This document shows positions 32,245 to 41,600 of a stretch of 64,000 bases of DNA, piece by piece; position 1 is the stretch's first letter, and the number at the start of each line of letters is the position of its first letter. The notes under the pieces are model-generated. The model was not told the origin of the DNA. It did not search any database and saw nothing but the letters and a program-made list of their open reading frames with translations. The stretch is from assembly GCA_963808625.1 (NCBI GenBank), contig CAWEHK010000015.1:1-64000 (forward strand), written 5' to 3'. This DNA comes from an uncultured delta proteobacterium. GTDB lineage: Bacteria > Desulfobacterota > Syntrophobacteria > Syntrophobacterales > Syntrophobacteraceae. Position numbers and translations under genes: made by a program.

Positions 32245-33955
32245 CGGACGCCAGCTCCTCTTCCGCCCGTTCGATCACCTCCAGCAGTTGATCTTCGAGG
32301 TCGTCCAGCAGGCTTTCGGGTTCTCCGCCCCGGATGGCCTCCTCGTAGTTCCGTTTGAGCTTCCTGATTTCATTCCGCACGTTTTCAGACAGCCGCTGGT
32401 CATGGGCCAGGCGCCCGGCCTTTTCCGCCACGTAATTCACCGGGACTTCATCCGGTTCGCTTTCCTGGGCCTCCTCGATGGTTCTCCTTCTGATGTCAAG
32501 GGTCACCTCTTTGCGGTTGTCAAAACCCTTCTGATCGATACAGATGCGGACCAGGCCTTCACGATCGTAGGCAAATTCCACAATTACGGGGGAATTGGCC
32601 GGTGCCGGTTTGAGCGGGTAGGGAAACTCTCCGACCAGAGTATTTTCCGCACAGGAAAGGCTTTCCCCCTGGAACACCTCGACCTTGACCACCTCCTGCC
32701 GGTCGGCAATGGTCCAGTAGACTTGAGCGTGGCTGACGGGGATTCTCGTGTTCCTGCGGATAATGGTGGAGAAATGATCGGCCTCCCCGGTCTCAAAGTG
32801 TACCGAGTCCAGCGTCTTGACCCCCAGGGAATGAGCGGTGACATCAAGGAGGATTTGCCCCACGGCATCTCCGGTGATGAGCCCCCCTTGAATGGCGGCC
32901 CCCAGCGCGACGCAGAGATCAGGATCGACCGAATGTTCGACGGGTTGCTCGAAAAGCGCCGAGAGTGCTTCAAAGACGGCGGGCATCCGGGTGGCTCCAC
33001 CCACCAGGATGAGCTTGCCGATTTCGCGGGGTTCGAGATGGGCCTCTCGGAGCACCTCCTCGACCTTGCTCATGGTGCGCTCGATCAGATCCGCCGTCAT
33101 GGCCTCAAACTGCTCCCGGCTCATTTCGAGATCGAGGTTCAAAGGACGTCCCTCGAACATGGTCACGGCCACTTCGTTGATTTTCACATAGGGACGATCC
33201 GACAGCGCGATCTTGGTCCGTTCGGCAATATCGAGCAGCCGGACCTTGAGGCCGGGGTCCTCGTTCAGCTCTTTGCCGTCGAGCTGTGTTCGCAGCTCAC
33301 CCAGCAGGTACTCCTTGAGGAGCTCGTCGAAGTCATCTCCTCCCAGGGAAGTGTCGCCGCTGGAAGCCAGCACTTCCTTGATATCGCCTTTGATTTCCAG
33401 GATGGAGACATCGAACGTGCCGCCGCCCAGGTCATAGACCAGCACATAAGGGGATTCGCCATCCGCCTCGGAAGCAATGTGGTCGTAGACGAGGGCCGCC
33501 GCCGTCGGTTCGTTCACGATGCGGACCACCTCGAGACCGGCGAGCTCTCCTGCCCGGATGGTGGCTCTCCTCTGAGCGTCATCGAAATAGGCGGGGACCG
33601 TGATCACAACCTTCTCGACCGGCTGGCCCAGGCGCTCCGCCGCACGCTCGGCCAAATGTTTGAGAATGTAGGAGGAGATGACCTCCGGGGATAAGCTTTG
33701 CCGGCCCACGGTGACCGCCGATTCCTTTCCCATAAGCCGCTTGATCGAGGTAACGGTCGCCTCGGGAAAGGCTGCCCTCCGGTTTCTTGCCTGCCGCCCG
33801 ACCACATGGCTGCCGTTTTCAGCCTCGAAGCTGACCACCGACGGCAAAATGGCCAGCCCCTCCTCGACGGGAATGGCTTCGGGGCGGCCATCCTTGAGAA
33901 AGGCAATGACAGAATTGGTGGTTCCAAGATCGATACCGCATACAATGGGTTTCAT
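32237..33955 (-). CDS. Hsp70/DnaK paralogue (HscC-like); start 33955 or 33964
   Basis: GIDLGTTNS, VITVPAYFDDAQR, NEPTAAAL, DLGGGTFDVS, LVGGATRMP, ILLDVTAHSLG. The upstream part of the ORF-track ORF belongs to the frameshifted GrpE-like gene. Confidence 0.93.
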   Translation of the reverse strand: MKPIVCGIDLGTTNSVIAFLKDGRPEAIPVEEGLAILPSVVSFEAENGSHVVGRQARNRRAAFPEATVTSIKRLMGKESAVTVGRQSLSPEVISSYILKHLAERAAERLGQPVEKVVITVPAYFDDAQRRATIRAGELAGLEVVRIVNEPTAAALVYDHIASEADGESPYVLVYDLGGGTFDVSILEIKGDIKEVLASSGDTSLGGDDFDELLKEYLLGELRTQLDGKELNEDPGLKVRLLDIAERTKIALSDRPYVKINEVAVTMFEGRPLNLDLEMSREQFEAMTADLIERTMSKVEEVLREAHLEPREIGKLILVGGATRMPAVFEALSALFEQPVEHSVDPDLCVALGAAIQGGLITGDAVGQILLDVTAHSLGVKTLDSVHFETGEADHFSTIIRRNTRIPVSHAQVYWTIADRQEVVKVEVFQGESLSCAENTLVGEFPYPLKPAPANSPVIVEFAYDREGLVRICIDQKGFDNRKEVTLDIRRRTIEEAQESEPDEVPVNYVAEKAGRLAHDQRLSENVRNEIRKLKRNYEEAIRGGEPESLLDDLEDQLLEVIERAEEELASGE

Positions 33956-33959
33956 GATG

Positions 33960-34512
33960 TTCATTTTCCTTCCGGGCTGACGAGGGGGACATCCTCCCTC
34001 TTGCCGACGATAACCCTCGCGGGTCTGAGGACTTTGCCATCCTGCAGATATCCGGGCTGAATGACTTCGAGAACGTCCAACAATGGGGCATCCGGGGATG
34101 GTATTGGTCACCACTTCGTGAATTCGCGCATCGAAGGGGATGCCTTCGGCGAGGACCATTTCGATGCCGAAGAAATGGCGAACCGGTGCATTCGTCTGGT
34201 TGACCATTTGCAGCACCTGGGCGTGCTGGCGCGACATCAGCCCGGGATTTCGGAAGGCTCGCTGGAGGTGGAAAAGCGCATCGCAAAGGTCGATCAGGGG
34301 ACCCATGTCGCGCTTCTTTTCCCTGCGGCAGAGGCCTGCTGCTCCCGGTGAACCTCTTCGAGCAGCACGCCTTGCTTCCTGAAAAGCTTCTTCAGACTTT
34401 GCGTTTCTTCGAGAATGAGACGGTGAGGGTCTTCCTCCTCCTCTCCCTCTTCCTTCTTTGGACGCAACCATCCAAGATTTCTAAACCACCCCTTAACATT
34501 TTGATAAGACAT
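33960..34512 (-). CDS. GrpE-like nucleotide exchange factor, frameshifted
   Basis: Pieces across frames: ...EETQSLKKLFRKQ; GIEMVLAEGIPFDARIHEVV; VLEVIQPGYLQDGKVLRPARVIV (GrpE C-terminal signature). Confidence 0.8.
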
Positions 34513-34875
34513 AGAAAAGTTTGTCGCCTCCGCAAAAACAATCCTCATGTGTAGAGGGGAGCCAGGCCAAAAAGAGCACCCCTGTTGGGAAGAACGTTGA
34601 TTATACTCCAGTCAGGAGAAGCACGAAACCCTTATCAGTCAGAGGAGGAAGTTCCTTTTCAAAAGCTTGCCATGCTTGACTCGGATGCACACAACTTTTG
34701 AGGTGAGGTGATAAGCTGAGAGGAAATCGATGAGAGTGATTTTTGATGTTTTTCGTCTGTTTCATCGTTTGAAATAGGCTTAAAATGAAAACATGTCCTT
34801 CTTGACCGGCTCCTTAATGGAAGTTGTGGACAGGGTCCGAGGCATCAATAAGTCATATGGAGGGGAAACGAGCCA

Positions 34876-35072
34876 TGGTGAAGGATGCGAAGCTCCTGGC
34901 CCAGTTCGAGGAAGACCAGATAAGGACTGAAAGACTGAGCCATACAGAGGCCCTGGCCCTTTTTGAAGCCATGTGGCGGGAGGGCCTGGCGCTCGGCGTG
35001 CTGCGCTTGAAAGACCCTCTTGAAGGTATCGAAGTTGACATCCGTATTGCCAGGATTCTGAACCATAATTGA
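34876..35072 (+). CDS. Small protein, probable antitoxin-like partner of a truncated downstream gene
   Basis: MVKDAKLLAQFEED...ALFEAMWREG...DPLEGIEVDIRIARILN, with an RBS; followed by a short EELLASIG... remnant. Confidence 0.55.
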
Positions 35073-35125
35073 AGAATTGCTCGCCAGTATTGGCAGGCCA
35101 TCAAAGCAGCGCATTCCCCATGCTG

Positions 35126-35458
35126 TTACATGGAAAGCTTCTGGGCGATCTTGCGCATCTGGATGCCGTGAATGAGAGCGGCACCGCCCCTCATGGCGGC
35201 AGCGACGTGGACGGCTTCGGTCATTTCTGCCAGATTTGACCCCTTTTCGAGGCACGTCTGGGTGTAGGCATCAATGCAATATGGGCATTGAATGGTGTGT
35301 GCGACAGCCAGCGCGATCAGCGCTTTTTCCCTTTCGGTGAGCTCTCCTTCCCTGAAAACAGCCTGGTAATAGTCGAAGAACTTAGCGCCGAGCTCCGGCG
35401 CTTCCTCTGAGATTTCCTGAAACTTTCCCAAATCTTTCGGGTCGTAATAGCTTTCCAT
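35126..35458 (-). CDS. AhpD/CMD-family protein resembling the arsenosugar-biosynthesis-associated peroxidase-like family
   Basis: MESYYDPKDLGKF...REKALIALAVAHTIQCPYCIDAY (CxxC). Confidence 0.85.
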   Translation of the reverse strand: MESYYDPKDLGKFQEISEEAPELGAKFFDYYQAVFREGELTEREKALIALAVAHTIQCPYCIDAYTQTCLEKGSNLAEMTEAVHVAAAMRGGAALIHGIQMRKIAQKLSM

Positions 35459-35655
35459 CGTGATCAGCCTCCTCAACTGGAAGAGCGTGCTTGTTCCGGC
35501 AGAAAACCTTGCCCCGATCTGCTCGAACATCCTTGACACTCACCCCGGCGCATGCTATCGAAAATTCGTCTATTAGGGAACTTCTTTATCATCGCATTTC
35601 GCGGAGAGTTTTTCGTTGTTCTGCCACAGCTGAGAGAGTCTAAGGAAAAGATTTA

Positions 35656-36666
35656 AGTGGGTATGCACTTTACTCAACCGGCCGTGGAAGAACAAAGACA
35701 TCCGATTTCCGGCATTGATTATCCTGGAACATTCCAAGAGTTTGAGGAATGGTTTCAGCGGCGAAGAGGCCTGCCTCGAATTACATTGTCAGGCTTCGAT
35801 GGCCGGAAGCTTTCTGTTGCCCCAGTTGCGGGGATATCACGGAAAGGCCCTCTATGATGGGCCGTGGTCTCTTTCTTTGCAGGAAATGTAAGCGACAAAC
35901 TTCCGTTACTTCTGGAACATTGTTTCATAAAACTCACAAGCCGCTTCGAACTTGGTTTTTTGCCATGTGGTTTGTGACAAGCCAGAAGCATGGGGCCAGC
36001 GCTCTTGGCTTGCAAAGGGTTCTCGGCCTTGGAAGTTACAATACAGCGTGGACTTGGCTTCATAAACTGCGCCGTGCGGTGGTACGCCCTGGCGGGATCA
36101 ATTGACCGGAGCCATTGAAATTGATGAAACTTATGTTGGAGGCGTGGGACGTAAAAGTCCGTGGCCGAGGTGCTAAGCGGAAATCGATTGTTGCCATAGC
36201 AACAGAAGTTCGGGGACGCGGTCCTGGCAGAATTCGCATGTCGGTTGTTGCCAGATGTTTCCGCGATAAGCCTTCATAAATTCCTTTCGAATAACGTGGA
36301 AATGGGGCTGAAATCCGGACTGATGGATGGAACGGGTATAATGGCATCGAGAAATGGGTTTCAAGCATATTGTGACAAATATCTCCGCATAGTGGAGACC
36401 CTGCCCATATGGTTATGCCGCGTGTTCATCGTGTTGCATCCCTTTTAGATCGTTGGTGGCTTGGAATTCATCAAGGAGCTATAAGGCCAACATCTTGATT
36501 ATTATCTTGATGAGTTCACATTTAGGTTCAATCGACGCACATCCAAAGCCCGTGGTTTACTCTTCTATCGACTGATGGAGCAAACAGTGGATTGGTCCCT
36601 GTGTCCCGCCAAATGATCGTCGGTGGATCCACACTAGTAGATGGTTGAGCTAACTGCATACCCACT
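35656..36666 (+). mobile_element. IS1595-family insertion sequence, 1011 bp, transposase frameshifted
   Basis: 24-bp TIRs AGTGGGTATGCACTTTACTCAACC / AGTGGGTATGCAGTTAGCTCAACC; 8-bp direct repeat AAGATTTA at 35648-35655 and 36667-36674; transposase motifs RWPEAFCCPSCG, TSVTSGTLFH, EIDETYVG, YYLDEFTFRFNRR. Confidence 0.95.
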
Positions 36667-36876
36667 AAGATTTATTTTGAAGGCAAATCTGTAGCGAATT
36701 CGACGGAAGCGAGATCGCTTTCAGGGAGTTGCGCAAACAATTAGGGACTGTGCAAGTGTTGATGGGGTACTATTCCCTGTGACTTTACCTCACGGAGACA
36801 GAGGTTAGAGTGCTTGGCAATCGACACTCTCACCACCGACGATCTTTTTCACCCGAAGCCTTAGCAGGAGTCATCC

Positions 36877-38718
36877 ATGGAGAATCCCTCTGATCAGCAA
36901 TCTGTGAACGAACAGCCCTCCGGCCTTGGGCCCTCACATGGCCGCTTCAATATCAAGGATCCAGCTATTTGGACGAAGATGGTTTACCTGCTCATTCTCG
37001 TAACTGGGGTTTATACAAGCACTCTCGTCCAGACCGACGAGGAGTTGCGAATATTATTTACCATTGGAGTTGTCATGGCTTGTGCCATTTCGATGTATTT
37101 TTGGTGGGTAGTGGTAAAGGATTTCCACAAAGCTATAGCATTCGCACAAGATCAGAAGTCAACTTCCACGGGCCTCATCGAAAACGGAGCAACATTGACC
37201 TCCGTAATGCAGGTCATGGAAATTCAAAGAAACATGCAGCTTGAAAGGTTTACCGAACGAGTGGTGCTGCGATCGAACACTTTGATTATGCTTGGCATGA
37301 TCGCTACGGCTTTGACCATCATCCTCGGTCTGCCCGGTATCCTTAGTTGCCCCCCGCCCGCAGCAATCAGATTGGATCGCACGGCCATCGAAGCTCCTCT
37401 GGGCGCGACGCGCGTTGATTCTGCCAAGGTTCTTAATGAGGAGATCAATAATGCAGACAAGTTAGACAATGGCTCTTCGTTGTCTGCGCCCGATCCTGCT
37501 CTCGAACGTGTCCTTCGCTTGGCTCCCAAAGCGTTCGCATTTACGGCTCTTGCGCTTTTCTTCGCCGTTGTCATCTCTTTTTTAGGAAACTTGTTGCGAG
37601 AGGAGATTCGCGCGCGATTTTTCGACCCAATCGATCAATGGAAAACTTACCAGGATATATCCTCTGCGGTAGATGAGAATAATAAGCGTTTCGCAAAGAC
37701 TTTTATTAAGGCCTTTGACAAACAGATCGGACCTAGCCTCCGCGAGATGACACTTGAATTGCAAAACCTGCCCAGTCAATTGACCGGGTCCGTGACTCTC
37801 ATGCAAAAGGCCTCGGATTTGCTGGCTAAGTCAGCCCAGGGAGTAAAGGGGTCTTTCAGTGAGGTTGCTGCCGCTACCAAAGGTTATTTCGACAAGGCTT
37901 CGTCTTTCTCCGAATCCTTGGCATCAACCAATTCCACTATGAGCAATATGACAAGCCAGCTGTCCGAGTTGCAAAGCAGGATCGAAACTCGGATGGACGA
38001 GACGGTTGAGAAAACACTTGAACTCCAGACCCAAAACCTGGAGCTTTTGAAGCAGGAACAGGAGGCATATCGCAAGGAATTGGGCAAACTCCAGGCAACC
38101 AAGCTCGATATGATTAAACGCGAACTGGAGGAATATCGCAAGATGTTCGTTCAGGAGATCCCCAGCTTGTCCCAGGATGTCCTGGAAAAGCTTCATGCTG
38201 CAATGAAAGCGCCGTTGCAAGAAGTCGCTACAGCGGCGGCAAGAAAACTCTCCGAACTTGGTGACGACACGATCACGCGCGTAGTAACGCAATGGAATAT
38301 ACATCTAAGAAACACGCAGGACACGCTGGGCAGAATAGAGAGCAGTGTGGGGCTGGTCAACAAAACGTTACGCGAACTTGGTGGCGCACTAGAATGGGCT
38401 GCCGAGACTTGGCGGCCGCTGGCCGATACCACCGCCAACACGCTGGAGTCGCTGGCGCCCAGTTTGGAGGAGCTGACCAAAAGCGCCAATACGGCAAATA
38501 AGGCGCTTAACCCCCTTGTACTTGATCTGGAGAAGATGATCGGTCTGGCCGATGGCGGCGATGGGGAAGGGTCTTCTGCTTTCGAAAGGCTGGAGACAAC
38601 AATTTTAGAAGTCAAGGCCGCGATCTACGATTTGAAAGTATTTTTGAACGAGACAGTGGCGGATGCGGCGCTGCTTGGCGAGATTACTGAGAAGCTCCGC
38701 ACGATCGAACTCAACTAA
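36877..38718 (+). CDS. ZorA-like MotA/TolQ/ExbB-type membrane protein with a long helical tail
   Basis: TM segments including TLIMLGMIATALTIILGL and PKAFAFTALALFFAVVISF, then about 370 aa of heptad-rich sequence; directly upstream of a MotB/OmpA gene. Confidence 0.7.
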   Translation: MENPSDQQSVNEQPSGLGPSHGRFNIKDPAIWTKMVYLLILVTGVYTSTLVQTDEELRILFTIGVVMACAISMYFWWVVVKDFHKAIAFAQDQKSTSTGLIENGATLTSVMQVMEIQRNMQLERFTERVVLRSNTLIMLGMIATALTIILGLPGILSCPPPAAIRLDRTAIEAPLGATRVDSAKVLNEEINNADKLDNGSSLSAPDPALERVLRLAPKAFAFTALALFFAVVISFLGNLLREEIRARFFDPIDQWKTYQDISSAVDENNKRFAKTFIKAFDKQIGPSLREMTLELQNLPSQLTGSVTLMQKASDLLAKSAQGVKGSFSEVAAATKGYFDKASSFSESLASTNSTMSNMTSQLSELQSRIETRMDETVEKTLELQTQNLELLKQEQEAYRKELGKLQATKLDMIKRELEEYRKMFVQEIPSLSQDVLEKLHAAMKAPLQEVATAAARKLSELGDDTITRVVTQWNIHLRNTQDTLGRIESSVGLVNKTLRELGGALEWAAETWRPLADTTANTLESLAPSLEELTKSANTANKALNPLVLDLEKMIGLADGGDGEGSSAFERLETTILEVKAAIYDLKVFLNETVADAALLGEITEKLRTIELN

Positions 38719-38757
38719 GCACCTCCATTGTCCAACTTATAAAAAGGTAAGAGTACC

Positions 38758-39672
38758 ATGTTCATAGGACGAAAAGAGGTCAATTTCTGGCCTGCATACG
38801 CTGATATGATGTTTGTGCTATTCATTCTGTCCTTTGTGATTGCGATAGGTGGCTACAGCCTGGGCAGGAAAGCTGAGGAATACCGGCAGAGGGCCTTCGC
38901 ATCCGAGAAGAAAGCCATGGAGTTCAAAAAGCAACTCAAGGATAGAAACGAACCACTTACCAGAGCACAGAAGGCGGTTTCGTATTGGAAGAACAAGGTT
39001 TCAAAACAGGAGATCGAACTCGCGAATCTGCAAATAGAAGTCGACAAATTGAAAATACGAGTCGCCGAATTGGAGCGAGGACACGAACCACCAGGGACAC
39101 CAGGAGCCGCCCACTGCGGTCTTGCCGAAGACTTCGTGACAAAAGTAATGAGCGACTTGGAGAAGGCCCAGCTCGGCACGGATGTTGCTGAGCGAACAGG
39201 CTGCGGTGTAGAGTTGAAGGAAGCGCTCTTATTTGATGTCGGAAAGGCTGAGCTAACAGACAGGGCGAAGGCCACAACGGTGGTTTCTATCCTGCTTCAA
39301 AACGCGCGAAAGCTTATTGCCGAGAACTCCGAGGCACTCGACTCCATAATCATTGAGGGGCATGCTGACTGCAAGGGCACGAAGGAGGCCAACTCCACGC
39401 TCGGTCTAGAGCGCTCTCAGGCGCTTTTCGCCATCGTCAAAGAGGTATTAAGTAGTTACGATAAGGAGACTCAATTCAAACTTGGTGCATACCTATCCAA
39501 CCGTTCCTTTGGTGAGTTCCGGCCGCTTAAGGACGTGAAATGTTCGGCACAACATTACGACAAGGTAGAATGCCAGCGGAATCGTCGCGTGGAGATCACG
39601 GTCGTTGGTAGGGTGGGGACCCACAACAAACCCAATTGGGAGACTATGACCTTGACCGGCAATGACGATTGA
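38758..39672 (+). CDS. ZorB/MotB-like protein: TM helix with conserved Asp, coiled coil, OmpA-like peptidoglycan-binding domain
   Basis: FWPAYADMMFVLFIL; LLFDVGKAEL; IEGHAD; NSTLGLERS; SFGEFRP; NRRVEI. Confidence 0.85.
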   Translation: MFIGRKEVNFWPAYADMMFVLFILSFVIAIGGYSLGRKAEEYRQRAFASEKKAMEFKKQLKDRNEPLTRAQKAVSYWKNKVSKQEIELANLQIEVDKLKIRVAELERGHEPPGTPGAAHCGLAEDFVTKVMSDLEKAQLGTDVAERTGCGVELKEALLFDVGKAELTDRAKATTVVSILLQNARKLIAENSEALDSIIIEGHADCKGTKEANSTLGLERSQALFAIVKEVLSSYDKETQFKLGAYLSNRSFGEFRPLKDVKCSAQHYDKVECQRNRRVEITVVGRVGTHNKPNWETMTLTGNDD

Positions 39673-39779
39673 AGCGCAAATTCAGGTAGCTTCTCGCCCC
39701 AAAGAACGTTCGATCAGCCGGTCATGACAGCATTGACAAGGAATGCGGCAATCCAGTTTCGTCGATGGTGGTTTCTTGA

Positions 39780-39896
39780 TTACTTGGCTTTTGGGCCGAT
39801 GATAACTTTTCCACACTTTGGGCAGGAGACTTTCTTCCATTCATCCATCCAGAACTCATGCTTGCAGTTGCTGCATTTCACTTTTATCTCTGCCAT
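39780..39896 (-). CDS. 38-aa Zn-ribbon microprotein
   Basis: Below the ORF-track size cutoff. AGGA RBS, then MAEIKVKCSNCKHEFWMDEWKKVSCPKCGKVIIGPKAK-stop (CxxC...CPxCG). Confidence 0.7.
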   Translation of the reverse strand: MAEIKVKCSNCKHEFWMDEWKKVSCPKCGKVIIGPKAK

Positions 39897-40130
39897 GTTT
39901 CCTAACCCCCTATTCTCGGTGAAAGAATATGACCCAACTAGGGCGACAAATATATACGGTTACCCAATCTCCCAGAAAATACCACCGCTCCACACAGTTC
40001 GACAATTAGCATGCCTGGTTGCCTAATCTCGCTATATTGTACAGGAAGTGCCAAATCTCGGGCACAATGCAGAAAAGCTTGTTACCCAAGGCGTTGGAGC
40101 CTATGGCAGTTAGCCTTGACTACCGATCGT

Positions 40131-41600
40131 TTACTCCGTCATAGCAGCTCTGTCTCTATATTTTATCGTATAGGTTGGATTCTCTAACATGATGTTTTGA
40201 CGAAAGAAATGTTGCAGGTTGTTCAATAGCGAAACGATCTCCCGTTTTCTTGGAGCGGAATCCGGGATGAGATGTTCAAAAAACCCCTGAGAAACCCCTT
40301 CACCCCATTCATGAACAAGCCTTAATCGTGGAGAATCTAACTTCGGAAATTCCAGAGAGGTTTGGCAGGTGGTTCTCACCTCTATGGCCCGTCGCTCGCC
40401 ATTATCAAGAAGCGGGATTTTCTTTTCTCCTCTTTCATCAACAACCGATGAAAGTCGTGGCAAAAGGGTGATCAACTGCGCGCCGGTAAATGGATCAGGT
40501 GGCGCACTCGCCTGAACCTCGATGTTCTGGCGAGCGCGAGCAAGCTCAGCCTCGGCATCGAAAAATGTGTGAGAGTTCTCGGATAGGGCACAAGTGATAG
40601 CGTGGGATGCCTCTTGTTGATCGCAAAAGAAGTCGCAATTTGAGTCCGCTGAAAGCTCCTGAAGCGACATGCGAGGGGGGGAAGTAAGAGCAAAGACGCC
40701 TTGGGCAGCTTGGTTGTAAGTACAGAAGTCGATCTTTGAAAACTCTTCAAGCTGGGTGTTCTGGGCCTTGAAAAAATATACGGGGACGGGATCGAAACGA
40801 TGCAGATATCTTGTTAGATCGCTCACGACCTTTGTCCCAAGATCGCCTTCGCGAAACATCCAGAATATGAACAACGGGGAAATATTGACTGGTGCATTGT
40901 TCTGAAACACAGGCTTCCGCAGCACAATCACGCCTGCCGAGACGTCAGGCACGTGTTTTTTCGCTAGGGGCGCTGCCACGCAACGCCCGAAGAGGGATGG
41001 CGTAAGCGAGTGCATGGGTGCTCTGACATTATCGCAAATCACTTCCTGTTGATCGAGATGATATCTCCTCAAGACCTCTCTGGGTGGGGTCTCCAAAACC
41101 AGGTCGGAGATGAGAAGGACCCCAGCAATTTTTTCATCATTGGCGAAGCGCTCTCCCATTACTTGAGCACACAAGGCCAGGTTGCTAAAATCGTCAATCA
41201 TCGCCAAGGGCACGGCTTTACCATTCTTACCCATCCGGTCCGGCAGATTGGCGACACTGTTGCCGATGCCTTGGTGCCTGTAGTTGTTCACGTGCGATAC
41301 GTCGCGAAGCCAAAGGCGCTCAAGGAACTCCCAGAGGGCAAAGAGGGCGCTCGCATTCTGATCACCGTGCTTATAATAAGGAGGCATCGATCTGGAAGTG
41401 TCCCAGAAGATCTGAATTTCCCTCTCTGGGAGAGAACTCTGGGAGGTCGAAAGGTCAGGTCCTGTCTGCAACGGCCGGCAGTAGCATTGTTGATCAACCG
41501 AAGAGCTACAGGAGGCTACCGCGAAGAAAACCACAAGCATAAATGAAAGAATCGCCGTCTTAGATCCAGCTTTGCTGATCATATCCAAATTACCGAACAT
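40131..41600 (-). CDS. Putative lipoprotein with a vWA-like MIDAS motif and a Cys-rich extracytoplasmic region
   Basis: Hydrophobic leader ending VASC; IQIFWDTSRSM (DxSxS) and VLLISD. Confidence 0.7.
   Translation of the reverse strand: MFGNLDMISKAGSKTAILSFMLVVFFAVASCSSSVDQQCYCRPLQTGPDLSTSQSSLPEREIQIFWDTSRSMPPYYKHGDQNASALFALWEFLERLWLRDVSHVNNYRHQGIGNSVANLPDRMGKNGKAVPLAMIDDFSNLALCAQVMGERFANDEKIAGVLLISDLVLETPPREVLRRYHLDQQEVICDNVRAPMHSLTPSLFGRCVAAPLAKKHVPDVSAGVIVLRKPVFQNNAPVNISPLFIFWMFREGDLGTKVVSDLTRYLHRFDPVPVYFFKAQNTQLEEFSKIDFCTYNQAAQGVFALTSPPRMSLQELSADSNCDFFCDQQEASHAITCALSENSHTFFDAEAELARARQNIEVQASAPPDPFTGAQLITLLPRLSSVVDERGEKKIPLLDNGERRAIEVRTTCQTSLEFPKLDSPRLRLVHEWGEGVSQGFFEHLIPDSAPRKREIVSLLNNLQHFFRQNIMLENPTYTIKYRDRAAMTE

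Noticed and set aside
33965..34471. N-terminal extension or GrpE-Hsp70 fusion in the 744-aa ORF
   Set aside because: It is one frame of the frameshifted GrpE-like gene; the Hsp70 has its own start just before GIDLGTT.
35126..35458. Arsenosugar biosynthesis cluster
   Set aside because: Only the AhpD-like gene is present; no radical SAM or methyltransferase neighbour.
36680..36720. c-di-GMP-I riboswitch-like GGCAAA...GACG upstream of the ZorA-like gene
   Set aside because: The required stems do not pair.
40020..40116. Possible integron attC site (GCCTAAT...GTTAGCC)
   Set aside because: Left end is not RYYYAAC, internal pairing is unconvincing, and there is no integrase or cassette array.
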